Shown here in pieces: positions 52,736 through 64,000 of a stretch of DNA of 64,000 bases. The position numbers and the translations under genes are program-made. Numbering within the stretch: position 1 is the stretch's first letter; the number at the start of each line of letters is the position of its first letter. A model generated the notes under the pieces. It saw only the letters and a program-made list of their open reading frames with translations. It was not told the origin of the DNA and made no database searches. This DNA is from the human T2T-CHM13v2.0 reference genome, Homo sapiens. Location of the stretch: the NCBI RefSeq assembly GCF_009914755.1, contig NC_060939.1; one strand, given 5' to 3'.

Positions 52736-53505
52736 GTTTGATTCAACTCAAATATTTAATGTGTGCTCATTTCATCACTTCTATCTCTAAAATGGCATAA
52801 TCTTACCTAGTCCCACCTGATATTAAGATGCTAAAATAGCCTACTACCTAAATGTGATCATTTCTGCGAGAGAAATTAAGATTGCATGCCCAGCCCCCTA
52901 TCACTGTGGGCTGCAGTCCCCAGATGGATTACACCTTCATTTTAACATCCTTATTCAGCACGGTAGGCATTTACTCTAAGAGGTGAAGTCGAAAGAGTCC
53001 CCTCATGCAGCAGAGTCCAGGTGCTCACCTCTAGTAACCACTTTGGAGAACCGAGAATCAAACCGCAATCTCGGCAGCACAGGGAATGAGTAAAATACCC
53101 ATAGTCGAGGAGCGTATTGAACTGCTGAGCAAGGGGTGTGCAAATACTATTTCAAATGGCTTAAAAAGCATCACAGCAATGTAAGTGGGTTACGGTTGCC
53201 TCACAAAAGCACATCTGGAGGATCTCTTTGCTCTCTTGCATCCTTGAATATCGAACCCAGAAAAATAAATTGACGTGCTGTTTAATCCAATAGTCAATAT
53301 GAGCTTCTAGTGTATAGACTCAATTGACTTAAAACTCAAGCTATAGCCTCCGGCAAGAAAAATGTAACACAACTGCGCAGGCTTGGTATTGATACATATC
53401 ACAGGTAGCTGTTTCTTCAGCAAGAAACAATTATCCAATGCTCAGTGCTGAGGGATCAATGTGCTTCATAATTTCTGATGTGGCTTACTGAACAGCTGGG
53501 CTCAG

Positions 53506-53544
53506 GTTTTTGTTTTTGTTTGTTTGTTTGTTTGTTTGTTTTTT
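53506..53544. repeat. (TTTG)n
   Basis: Directly visible. Confidence 0.9.
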
Positions 53545-55479
53545 AATCTTTACGGGTCTGATGGCTCTCTAAAGGGATTAGGTTATTGTGATTTTTTTTT
53601 TCCCATGCAAAAGGACCTGCCTTTCTTTCCCTGTTCTAACGAAAGGGCACCCCCCACTGAGTTCCAAAGAGCCGTTGCCCCTTAAAGTGCCCTCTGCCAT
53701 GCATTACCTTAGGTTATGTGGCAAACCTAACCCCATACTACAGCCCAGTTACCTCGGTGCAGACAACTGGCTGTATTTGATTGTTTTGCTGTTGACAACA
53801 GGATGGATTAGCAGGGCTAGAAATTAAAGTATATTGAGTATTCTTTAATGCCTTATGTACAAATTTTTCTGGCTGTCAGATTCTCTGTTTGGCTTTCTCG
53901 GGGCCTTGAAGGTAGGGGGTCAGGAACTAAGTGTTTTGAGAACTGACAGCTCCCTTTAGCGAAAAACAGAATTCTCCCACCCTTACCCCTTCCCAGTTCA
54001 AAGAACTGCTTCCTGCTTCTTTGCATGGAAGATAGTTACTGTTTTTTTCTTTCCCTTTTGAGTCAGGATCCCTGGAGAGCCTTATAAGAGCACAGTGTCT
54101 ACTGGTTAAAGGGTAACCATTTTCAGGGAATTTGCATTAATCTGATTACATTTTATCTTCCTTCAGGGTGAGGGAGTGGGACGGACTGTGAGGTTTCCTT
54201 TGAGTTTCAGGTTTAGACACACCCCAGAACTCAAAGTAAAAATGATATAGGCTTAATAATAACTTCCCAAGAAGCCTTTTCAAGTTCAAAGTGGATTGTA
54301 AACATTAATTAATCAATTCCTCCTCCCAACACTGTGTGAGGTATGAATTACTCCCATTTTATAGACGAGAATGTTTAGGTAGCGAGCATAAATAACTCGT
54401 TTCAAGCCTAAATTGGACTTCTAGTCAGTAAGGCACAAGCAATTTGGATTGCTGTGCAAAGTGAAGGCTCATCAGACTTTTCTCATTCACAAAAATTAAT
54501 GAAAACCCGTCCTAGGAACCCAAGGCTCGTTGTCTCCCTGGAGTGATCCGAGTGGCCTCTCCCAGGTTGGCCCAACTCTTATATTTTTGCATCCTCAGTT
54601 TTCTGGCCAGAAAGAATTGCCTTCCTCCAACACAACCACAAGGAGTTCAGATCAAAGGCTCATCAATGGTCCATTTAAATGCCCAGGGCAGTCTAATGCA
54701 TCTCTCCATAAGACTCCCTGAATGGAGGCTTGGGTTTTACCGGCCCAGCCCTGCCATCGAAGTCATTTGCAATCCAGGCTGCTCACTGCACCTGCTGCTG
54801 TGGAAGATGTAATAGGAGCAGGAAGCACCATAGAAGGGGAAATGCTGTTTGGCACAAGTAAGTAAACAGATAGGTTAACAGGCCAACACATCTTGCAGCC
54901 TTTCACTATATGAACCTGTTGGCTAATGTTAGTAATCCACACTTCTTCTACAAAAGTCAAGCTGGTGGTCACTTTGCAGGAAACTCTACAAGGTTTTTCT
55001 CAAGACAGTCCTAGCAATGAAGCTTCCAACAAACTTAACATGGTTCTACATTTCCCCAGGAATTGCTGTAAACTGATAAGCACTGATATTCTTTCCATTG
55101 ACTAAAACATCATGATCAGTCAACTGAGGCCTGGGAGGAATGATCTTTGTGGCTCATATGCACCAAGGAGGTTTGCCTCAACTCGAAGGGTGGAGACACT
55201 CAGATTTCAGCCTTCCCTCATCAGAAACACATTTCCTCATTTGGATATGTGTTTTCCAAAGCACTTGGGGGTTTTCAGCAAATCTTTATACATCTCATGG
55301 AAGTAAGAAGAAAAAATACTCATACTTCACAGAATACATGTGACATGTGTCTGTTAGGTGGGGAGAGGGTGGGGAGGAGGAGTTTTAGCTGAGCTGTAAT
55401 GAATATGAGAAATTAAAGATAAATAGAGGGAGAGAATTTTCTTTCTTTTTTGCCACGCTGGGAGTGGAAAAGTTTGGCC

Positions 55480-55653
55480 TAGTGGATCTCTACCCTGGCT
55501 GCTTATCAAAACCATCTGGAGAACTTTTGGAGACTCTTATGTCCAATTCAGTTCTACTGCATTTGCTTCTCTGGAACTAGGGCCTATGCGGGAGTATTTT
55601 TTAAAAAAGTTCCACATGGACTGGTGATGTGCAGACAGGCCTGGGAACCACTG
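55480..55653 (+). mobile_element. MER5B-like
   Basis: tagtggatctctaccctggctgc...catctggagaactt...gatgtgcagacaggcctgggaaccactg. Confidence 0.7.
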
Positions 55654-56019
55654 GGCTGGTCTAGAGAGCCCAGTGTAGACAGTGAACATCCGCATGTAAG
55701 ATACATGACCTGTCAGAGAACATTCAAGAGGGAAGTTCCTTTAAAAAGAATCAGGCGAGCTTCTCCTCGCCTAATAGCTTCCAACTAGCATCAGTGTTCA
55801 ATTAATAATGTAGTTTTATTTGATGTTTCATGTGAGAAACTATTTAAAAACAAGAACTCTTTCATTCTTTTTTTCATTTAAATGGACTCAAAAGAAACAA
55901 TTTGCTTGATAGATGAGCACAATGAGGGATTCTATGACCGTAAAATAACTGAAAATGAAAAATGATTAAAACAACAAAACAAAAACCACACTTCTCCATC
56001 TGCAATCCACATCCGTGTA

Positions 56020-56410
56020 GCCATGTAGTCGTAAAATTTATTGAGGGTCTATTGTGTTTCAGGAACTATGCATGAATCTAGCAGTGCCAGGGTGAGGCAG
56101 ACACGGTCCCTACATGCTAGTGTCACCCATTCTAGCAAGGGAAGGGACAACCAAAGAGAAAAAGCACTCTGATAAAAGCTGATTTTTACTTGCCTCTTAC
56201 CAGGGGTCATGCAATCTTCCAAGTGCTTTTTGTTCCATATCTCATTTTGTCTTCACAGTAACTTTAGTAGGTGGATTCTATTATTATCCCCATTTCACAG
56301 ATGGGGAACTAAGACTTAGAGGACTTCAGTAACTTCTTGAAGGTAACAAAACCTGTAAAAAGGAGAGCTGCATCTTTTGGACTCAGTAGATCAAACATAT
56401 ACATCCGCCT
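56020..56410 (-). mobile_element. L2 fragment followed by MIR
   Basis: tttattgagggtctattgtgtttcagg...gcagacacggtccct; attattatccccatttcacagatggggaactaagacttaga. Confidence 0.75.
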
Positions 56411-56748
56411 CCTTCTGCTTCTTAAGTGCATAGAAGGTATGCTGAGGCTGGCTGGTCGTGCTAGGGTGGAGTGGGGACGACTGAGCCTATCCTTGTCTCT
56501 TGTTAAGTCACTGCTGCTCCAGGTGAGAACAAACTCATCTCTGGTGCCCGCAGCTTTCAGGGTTGGTGTTGAGGAATCCCCTTCCCCTTGAACTTGCATG
56601 CTTTATGGTTAGCAGTGCCTTTGAGGCCACACACATAAGCGAGGAAGGAAAACATAACCAGCCCAGAGTCCTCGTGCTGGGGCTTAATTTGGTACCTGAG
56701 AGTCATTCATTCCAGTTCCCGGGGCAGGACTCTGCCTGGCCTGCTTAC

Positions 56749-57005
56749 CAGTGTTTCAGCAGCACGGAGGGGACCCAGCCAGCCCACAGAGATAAGCGCA
56801 GCTGATCTGTAACTCCAAGTCATCTATTTATCCCCTAACCGTGCTGCTCCACGGGCAAGTGCAGGGACGGAGAACGCACGCTTTGCCACAGTTGAGTGAG
56901 CCGAGTGCAAGCTCCCTTAACTTGGCTGTGGTGTCAAGTCACAGTTATATAACCCCTGGGCTGAGTGCCTCCCTGGGGTGGGGGGTAGGGGGCGGGCAAC
57001 GGGGG
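56749..57005 (-). promoter_or_regulatory. Candidate GC-box/TATA promoter with first exon and splice donor
   Basis: GC box 56989-56996; TTATATAA 56945-56952; CA start about 28 nt downstream (56923); CpG-enriched exon ending at CTG|GTAAGC (56749). Confidence 0.35.
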
Positions 57006-57235
57006 AGCAGGAAAGGCATTATTAGTATAATGTTAAGAAAACAGACTCTGACATCCTCCAGAGTTTGAGAGTCTGGAACTGTTTGTTTCCCATTTAGTTT
57101 GTTTCCCACTTTGTTCTACAATCTTCAAATCCCAGATTTTGGAGTCTGGGCAGCTGTGGGTGGGGAGCCCAGCAGCGTGAACTGGACTCAGCCCCTTTCA
57201 GGCAGTGGGCTTATTTAGCTTTAAGAAATGTCCCA

Positions 57236-57607
<372 letters not shown>

Positions 57608-58004
57608 CTAAGGAAGTGTACCATATAGCTTTTGCAACCACTCTTTTGCTTTGAAAGTGTTAAAGTACACAACTGGAAAGATGGAAAGACCTGAGATTGA
57701 CGGCATTGTAGATACTTCTGGAAACTTTTCAATAAGGACAGCAGAATAAACAAATATGTTCTCCTTTCACGATCTTTATTTTGGTAAGTCCGTTTCTCTT
57801 GGCCACAAGAATTACAACCATCTTTTCATTTTTTTAACTGCAAAGGCGGTCATATGATATGAAGTCACTCCATATCACAGAAATCAGTTGAAGTTTTATT
57901 CATGGAGACTCTTCCACAGCTGCCATCTGCCCCTCCCTCTATGAGAAGCAAAGTTTCCCGAAGACAACCCCTCTCTCAAATGTGGCCCTAAAACATTTTT
58001 AATG

Positions 58005-58450
58005 AGTAGTAAGAGATAAGTGAACATGTGGGAAAATGTTCATCCCTGCTAGTAATAAAAAATGCAAATTAAAGCAACTTTGAAAAGGTAACATTTCAGT
58101 TTTCGGAAATAATACCCTAATGCTGGCCAAGCTGCATGGAAACTGATAGACTCAAATGCTATAGGCATTGAGTTAAACCAGCATAATTCTTCTTGAAAGA
58201 AATATGGCAATTGGTAACCAAAATTATAAAGATGTGCATATCCCGACCCAGCAGCCTTCTCTGGGACTATACGCTAAGGAAATAATCTGACAGAAGCAAA
58301 ATACTACACAAATTGTACTACTGCCTTTAATGATCAAATCTAATCACAGACATACACACAAAATTCCAGAAGGAGCCTAATGTTCAATAATGGGGGATGG
58401 CTTAGCAAATTCTGGTATATTGATAATGGAATAGTAAAAAAAAGAAATCA
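58005..58450 (+). mobile_element. Old L1 (L1ME-like) ORF2-end remnant
   Basis: aaaatgttcatccctgctagtaataaaaaatgcaaattaaagcaac...gaaatatggcaa...tgtgcatatcccgacccagca...aatgttcaataatggggg. Confidence 0.65.
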
Positions 58451-58644
58451 AACTGCAAATACAAAGGGGGTGCATGTAAGATCTAATGTCACTGGAATCA
58501 GAGGATTTACTTGAATGTTTTTATCTTTTTTTTAATATACCAAAGAAATAAAGGCTTTTGTACAGACTGTACTAGGAGGCCCTTAAAACAGCTGTTTTCT
58601 TGTCCACCTCATCTCTGCAAAGGGGTGTTTATTTCTTTTCTATT

Positions 58645-58800
58645 TAAAAATTAATTAAATTTTATTGACAAAAATTATATGTATTTATTGTGTGCTACAC
58701 AATGTTTTGCAATATGTAAACATTATGAAATGGCTAAATTGAGCTAATTCACATATGCATTACCTCCCAAACAGTATTTTTTGTGGTGAGAACACTTAAA
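58645..58800 (-). mobile_element. L1MA 3' fragment
   Basis: aatggctaaattgagctaattcacatatgcattacctc...tttgtggtgagaacacttaaa. Confidence 0.8.
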
Positions 58801-59299
58801 ACACAAAGGGGCTTTTATTAAGGATTTTGAAAATGAAAATAATGAAATACAGAGGGTCACCAAGATCACGCTGGATACAGGAAGAAGGCTTAAAACGTCG
58901 CATCCTTGAGTCTCTGGTCTAAGTCAGGTCCTTGGCCTTTGAGTCTCACCTTTGCAGAGGACCTCTTCCATTTTCCCACATGGGATGACTTTGAAAGGTG
59001 CTAAAATGGGGCCCCACTCTCCTCATACTAGCCACATGAGCTCACATCCATTCAGGTCCTGGAAGTACCTCCAGTAAGGGCCTGAGAAAACTTTAAATGC
59101 CAGGGTTTCAGAACCTTTCAGATCAACAACCTGTCTGTTAGCCACCCTGAAATGAAGGAAACCCAGATCCATGTGGCTAATCATCTTTTCAAGACTGGCA
59201 AAGAAGAGAATTTGTACGCATGATAATAAACCATTCCCACAATTAGTTTAACACAATGATTTCTGGTCAAACCTAGGGGAGCCATCCCTCCTTTACATC

Positions 59300-59640
59300 A
59301 ACGGCTTCCATATGCTGGTCAGTAAACAGTATGGGCAGGCCCATGCTTTGGTTCTCACTGGTCTGTATCTAACTGGGGAAAATAAGGATAACATAATAAG
59401 TTTCCACGAAGCTAAATATATTCAAAGGAGAGAATTATTCCTTACTCTAAGATAATGTCCTTTCTATTTTTTCAGTCCCCAAAGTCCACTTTTTAGGGGA
59501 AAGATGACAAAAAATAGATGGAGTTATTTTGTTGTTGTTGTTGTTCATGTTATTCCTTTGCAGTAAAATATAGGGACCCTGTATTGGCCTCCCCAAATGT
59601 TACTGAAATCATACTGCTTCATTAAGCACATTAACCTTGG
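59300..59640 (+). mobile_element. hAT-Charlie (Charlie18a-like) DNA transposon remnant
   Basis: gaaaataagga.aac...aagctaaatatattcaa...ccttactctaagataatgtcctt. Confidence 0.5.
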
Positions 59641-59959
59641 ATCTTCCATTCAATGGGGGAGATGGAGATTCTGGACATTCCAATTGGGTCACTCCAAACT
59701 GTGTGGCAAAAAGTTCTGGTCCTGCTGGCATTTCAAACTGTGCTGCACAACCATTATAGAGCTTTGATTCCATCACTGTGTCTGTCTGTCTACCCTACCT
59801 GGCTGTGAGCATCTTTGCCCAGGAACCACTGCCTGATTCACCCTTCTGTTTCTGGTGACTAGCCCAGCACTGAGTGTACTGTTGTTAGACTGAATCCATA
59901 GTTGGATGTACAATATGGGTGAAATGCAAAGAACAGCTGTAAAATTGAAGAGAAAGCTT

Positions 59960-60070
59960 TCAGTGTTGGTTCAGAAGACCTAATTAGCATCCTGGTTCTG
60001 CTATTTAACAGCTGTATGACTTGAGCAGTGACTCTCTCTCATACTAATTTCTTTTCTTTAAAGTAGAAAA
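59960..60070 (+). mobile_element. MIR fragment
   Basis: cagaagacc...tcctggttctgctatttaacagctgtatgacttgagca. Confidence 0.65.
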
Positions 60071-60929
60071 CCAACCTAACCTCTATAAAGTAGAAATGTC
60101 GCCTATGCCCTTCACCAGTATCCTAGCTGTGTCCTTGTGTGAAGGGTCATGTGAAAGTGCCTATACATACATGTTAATTTCATTCATTTCTCTCCATTTT
60201 ATTCCCTGACCAGATGCTTCTCATATTTAGATGTCACCCCTGTCCCAGCCCTGGCGAGAGGAAATTACAAAGCAAAAAGCCAGATCCCCCAACCCAAGGA
60301 TGTGGAAGTCCAGAGGCAGCTGTCAGCATGCTTCAATTAAAGACAAAATCAAATACAAGCAGCATCCGTTTGCATTTACTCACGATTATTGTGTTTGACA
60401 AGATAACCTGTACCCACTTGTACATTCATTACAGAGCTTCTGAAATGATTTTTCTTTGTCTGTGAACATAGGAATTTTTAATGAACAGTTTCAGTGTCTG
60501 GTTTCATGCACTCGAAAAGTAAACATCAGTGAGCATCTTTCTAACAGGCTTGATCCATGCCCTCAGATGGTCTACCAGGAGGCAGACTTGTGTGGGTTTG
60601 AAACTTTCTTCCTGAGGTCACTGATGGAAACAAAGAAGGAGAAACTTTCAGCATCCCCTTTCCAGTGATAAACATTTTAAATAAATGAATAGGTAAACAG
60701 AGAAGGGATCTCAATTTTAATTGCTAGTAAGTGAGGCATAAAAAGGAAAAGAGAGAGTTGTAACTGCCAGGACAATCTCATGCATTCTTTTGAACAGATT
60801 CATCTACAAATGAATGTGGCACAAGGAAATGTCAGGTGTTCTGCAAGCAGTAGCTCAGGAAGCTCAAGTCAGGTCTCTCGTCTGTCCCTCCAGCTAGCTA
60901 CATCTCACATCATGCTTCCTCACGTTTCA

Positions 60930-61305
60930 GGGCTGCAGCCTCGGTAGCCTTCACCCAGTTCCTCAAATACATAATCCTTCCTCTATCCACAGGACCTTTG
61001 CATATCACACTCCCTTTGTCTGGTTCAGTCCTATTCATGTTTCCGATCATCGCTTCCTCGGGGAAGCATTCCTCCCCTCCATATTGAGGCTAAAGTATTT
61101 CCAGGGGACAAATCCTTCATTGCGTTTGTCACTGTTGTTGTTTTACATTGATTTGGTGGCAATCTGACAAGCTCTGTCTCCTGCAGAAGACTGTATGCTC
61201 CGCACAACAGGGCCTGTGTCTCTGTTCTCCATCTCATCTCTGGCACCTCACAAGGTTGGTACTCAGTAACTATTTGTTAGGCACTAAATGAATGGAATGA
61301 ATGGA
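60930..61305 (+). mobile_element. L2 3' region
   Basis: cacaggacctttgcata...tggtactcagtaactatttgt...aaatgaatggaatgaatgg. Confidence 0.75.
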
Positions 61306-61479
61306 TCCCTGACAAATAACTTCACCAAAATCTTTTATTAAAGACTTGCCTTTGCAAGGAACCCTGTGGAATACGCCAAAAGACATGGTTCCAGGCCTCT
61401 GGGGGCTTCATCAGCTGTAGATGTCATGTTTTTACATACACGACATCACTACGGTTGAGAGTTGGGCTGTATCAGTGTA

Positions 61480-61640
61480 CAGGAGTGCTCTGGATAGGAT
61501 GTTCTACCTTGGACAAGCCACTAAATACATCTGTCCCTCCATTTCCCCATTGATCAAATGGTGACAATATCAGTGTGCTCCTTGTTGAAAGGTCAGGGGA
61601 TAAAACAAGATAACAGAAACAAAAATGCCTCAAAAAGATA
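61480..61640 (+). mobile_element. MIR
   Basis: accttggacaagccactaaa...ctgtccctccatttccccat...aaatggtgacaata. Confidence 0.6.
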
Positions 61641-62864
61641 AATATTACTAATACCTTTTACCTAAAAGTATCCACCTCCTTAACCAACTCTACAAAGAGT
61701 CTTGAGCCTCGCTAGAGAAACACGATGGAAGCTACTCTCTTTGTGAGATGCACCTTGCACAGCAGGAGTGGGCTGGGCCAAGTTGGGGGCACAGTCCAGG
61801 CAGGTGGGAAGACAGAGATGGGGCTACTCTAGAGAGCTAAAGGACACCAACCTTCTGCCACCAGGGCCAGCCAGGGTTGACAGTGGATCATGTGGCCTCC
61901 CTGAAATAGGGCTACTGAGCAGCTTCGTGATGCACAGAGACCCAGGGGAAAGGAGCAAAGGGCCAGATCCTGCTGCAAAACACACTGCCCATCTGCCCTG
62001 AGGTCTGTCATTCCTCCAGTGGTCCTTGGGCCCTGTCTTGCCTGGGACTGGCAAACAAACAGGAGGCCTCCTCCCTCCCTGATGCTCACCCGACTGGATC
62101 CACACCTCACTCAGCAACAGCTGTGCGAGTGCAGGTAAAGTCTTTCTGGAGTCTCAGCTCGTGATAGGCATTTAGCAACCTTCCCAGCGGAGGTGTGGAG
62201 CAGACGAATGATCACAGAGTGAGAACCATGGCTTTTCTCAGGGTCAGTGTCTCAGGAACCATGGGGTGGTGTGTGAGTGGAATCTTGTCAGTGTTTTGTG
62301 AAGATACCTAAGACTTTCAGTCTATAGCTCTGAGAATGTCATCCCATTTTACAAATGAGAAACAGAGAGGTTAATAAGCAAATCTACAGCAAGTCATTTA
62401 ATGCTGCAAAGGTGTAGTCCATGGAAAGAGATCTAACAGGAAAACTCAAGAGAAATGCTGGGGAGCGCCATGGGGCCAACAGAACAGAAGGCCCTGTTAC
62501 TGCTCAAGCAGCTGCCACCAAGCCTGCGAGCTCAAGGATGCTGGGCTGGCTGAGGGACAGATGTGGCAGGCATGCACGCGATTCAACAATGCAACAGTCC
62601 CTTTCTTGTTTGTTTGGAAAGGTTGTACCCGCCTCGAATGCTAGCAGCAATCACGAAGGAGCCACTAACTGTGGCATTTCTTCACAACATTTCCCCTGCA
62701 ACTGCGGTCAAGGTGGAGGGATGGCCACAACCAGTCATCTTTTCTGAGTGTTCCTCTGCAAGGGGTGGAGTGGGGACAGCATACGTTAGTGGGCTAAGAA
62801 TTTGCTTATCTAACAGAAATACAGCTTAACTAACCAAGGGATACATACAATTGTTCTTACAAAT

Positions 62865-63700
62865 TCTGCAACCCATACTGAGCACTTATAAAGGCCAGGC
62901 CCTGTGAGAGATACTGAAAATGCAAAGCTGAATAAGGCACCTTGACTGCTTTCAAGGAGATCTTTCCTAATTGGCTAGGAGAGGATATAACCCAAAATTT
63001 ACAGCTGCCTTTTGGCAAGCCTATCACTGCAATCTACAAGGTGCTATGAGAACTTCAGGGAAGGAGAAACTCTGTGGGAAGAGCCTAGGAAACCTTCCCC
63101 AAACAAGGCATTGAGGAAAGAGTGGAAGTTCATCAGGCATCAGAAAAACCATTCATTCATGTATTAACATTCAACAAATACTTAAGAAGTATTGATTGTG
63201 CTGGGCACCCTTGTGGCTGCTGGGGATACTGCAGTGGGTGAAACAGCCCAGTTCCTACCCTCATGGAGCTAAGTCTGGTGGCAGTGATAGGCACACAAAT
63301 AGTGAATCACAAACTTGGAGAGGTCTATGAAGGAGAAGTACAAGGTGTCTGAAAAGTATCTATCTGGGGAGCTGATCATGTCTGAGAGGCAGAAGAAGCT
63401 TCGGTGGGGATGTGACATTTGAGCTGAGACAGGAAGGATGCTGAAAGCAGGGGTAGGCTGAAATTTCCGGGCTGAGTGAGCATCATGTGCATTCATCCAC
63501 TCCACTGACATTTATGAAGAACATGTTGTTGCACCAGGGTCCCTGATGATGCACAAGACACATCTCTGACCTCAAGGAGCACACAGTCGAGTGGGGAGAC
63601 AGATGATTGCAATAGAATGTGCTAAGTTCATGGCTGGTGGGGTGGGGAATGCTTTCCCATTAGAGGGAACAGTGTGTGCAAAGGCCAGGAACGCACAGCT
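62865..63700 (-). mobile_element. Cluster of L2 fragments
   Basis: Three reverse L2 3' ends (ctgagcactta..aggccaggccctgtg; cattcaacaaatactt...cctaccctcatggagctaagtctggtg; tctgacctcaaggagc.cacagtc). Confidence 0.75.
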
Positions 63701-64000
63701 CAAGACATTTTAGTGGGAAGTTAAGGGTTCCAAACTCCCCTCGATTGACTGCTATGTGACGTGTGCTTGACCTATCATCTTTCTTTTTCTTGCTTAAGAA
63801 CGAAACTCCTTTCTCTACTAATCACGGTGTTGCTGCACCAAGAAGAAGCCGCCTCAGCAAATGCTGACGCATGCATTTTGCAGTGAGCTGGAAGTGCCTG
63901 GCCTAGCTTGGCCTGTGCCTCCCTCCTTTCCTCCCCAGGCAGGATCCACACAGTCATCAGCACCACGGGGCTGATTGCTTAAAGAAGGCACCCTCCCTGC

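Overview
Primate (most likely human) non-coding genomic DNA: a large intron or intergenic regulatory landscape. I recognise no known protein-coding exon and cannot name the locus. About a third to a half of the window is interspersed repeats, mostly old ones (MIR, L2, L1M, hAT DNA transposons MER5A/B, MER53, MER102, an MLT1 LTR). Alus are few: four full-length, one FAM and one fragment. There are two 5'-truncated L1PA insertions with perfect target-site duplications (TSDs). Clear non-SINE features are a 3'-truncated 5S rRNA pseudogene (12050-12139) and an ancient CR1/L3 LINE ORF2 fragment whose protein is still readable (33544-34075). The unique sequence holds several candidate cis-regulatory elements: a CRX/OTX-type GATTA/TAATCC cluster, a CpG-enriched TCF/homeodomain element, a triple DR2 nuclear-receptor site and an inverted CCAAT pair around a GC box. 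A GC-box/TATA/splice-donor module on the minus strand could join in frame to a downstream exon to give an 85-aa ORF, but this is speculative. Almost all ORFs in the supplied track are chance or repeat-derived. The sequence alone does not establish a new biological system. Repeat subfamily calls and boundaries are from recalled consensus sequences and are approximate.
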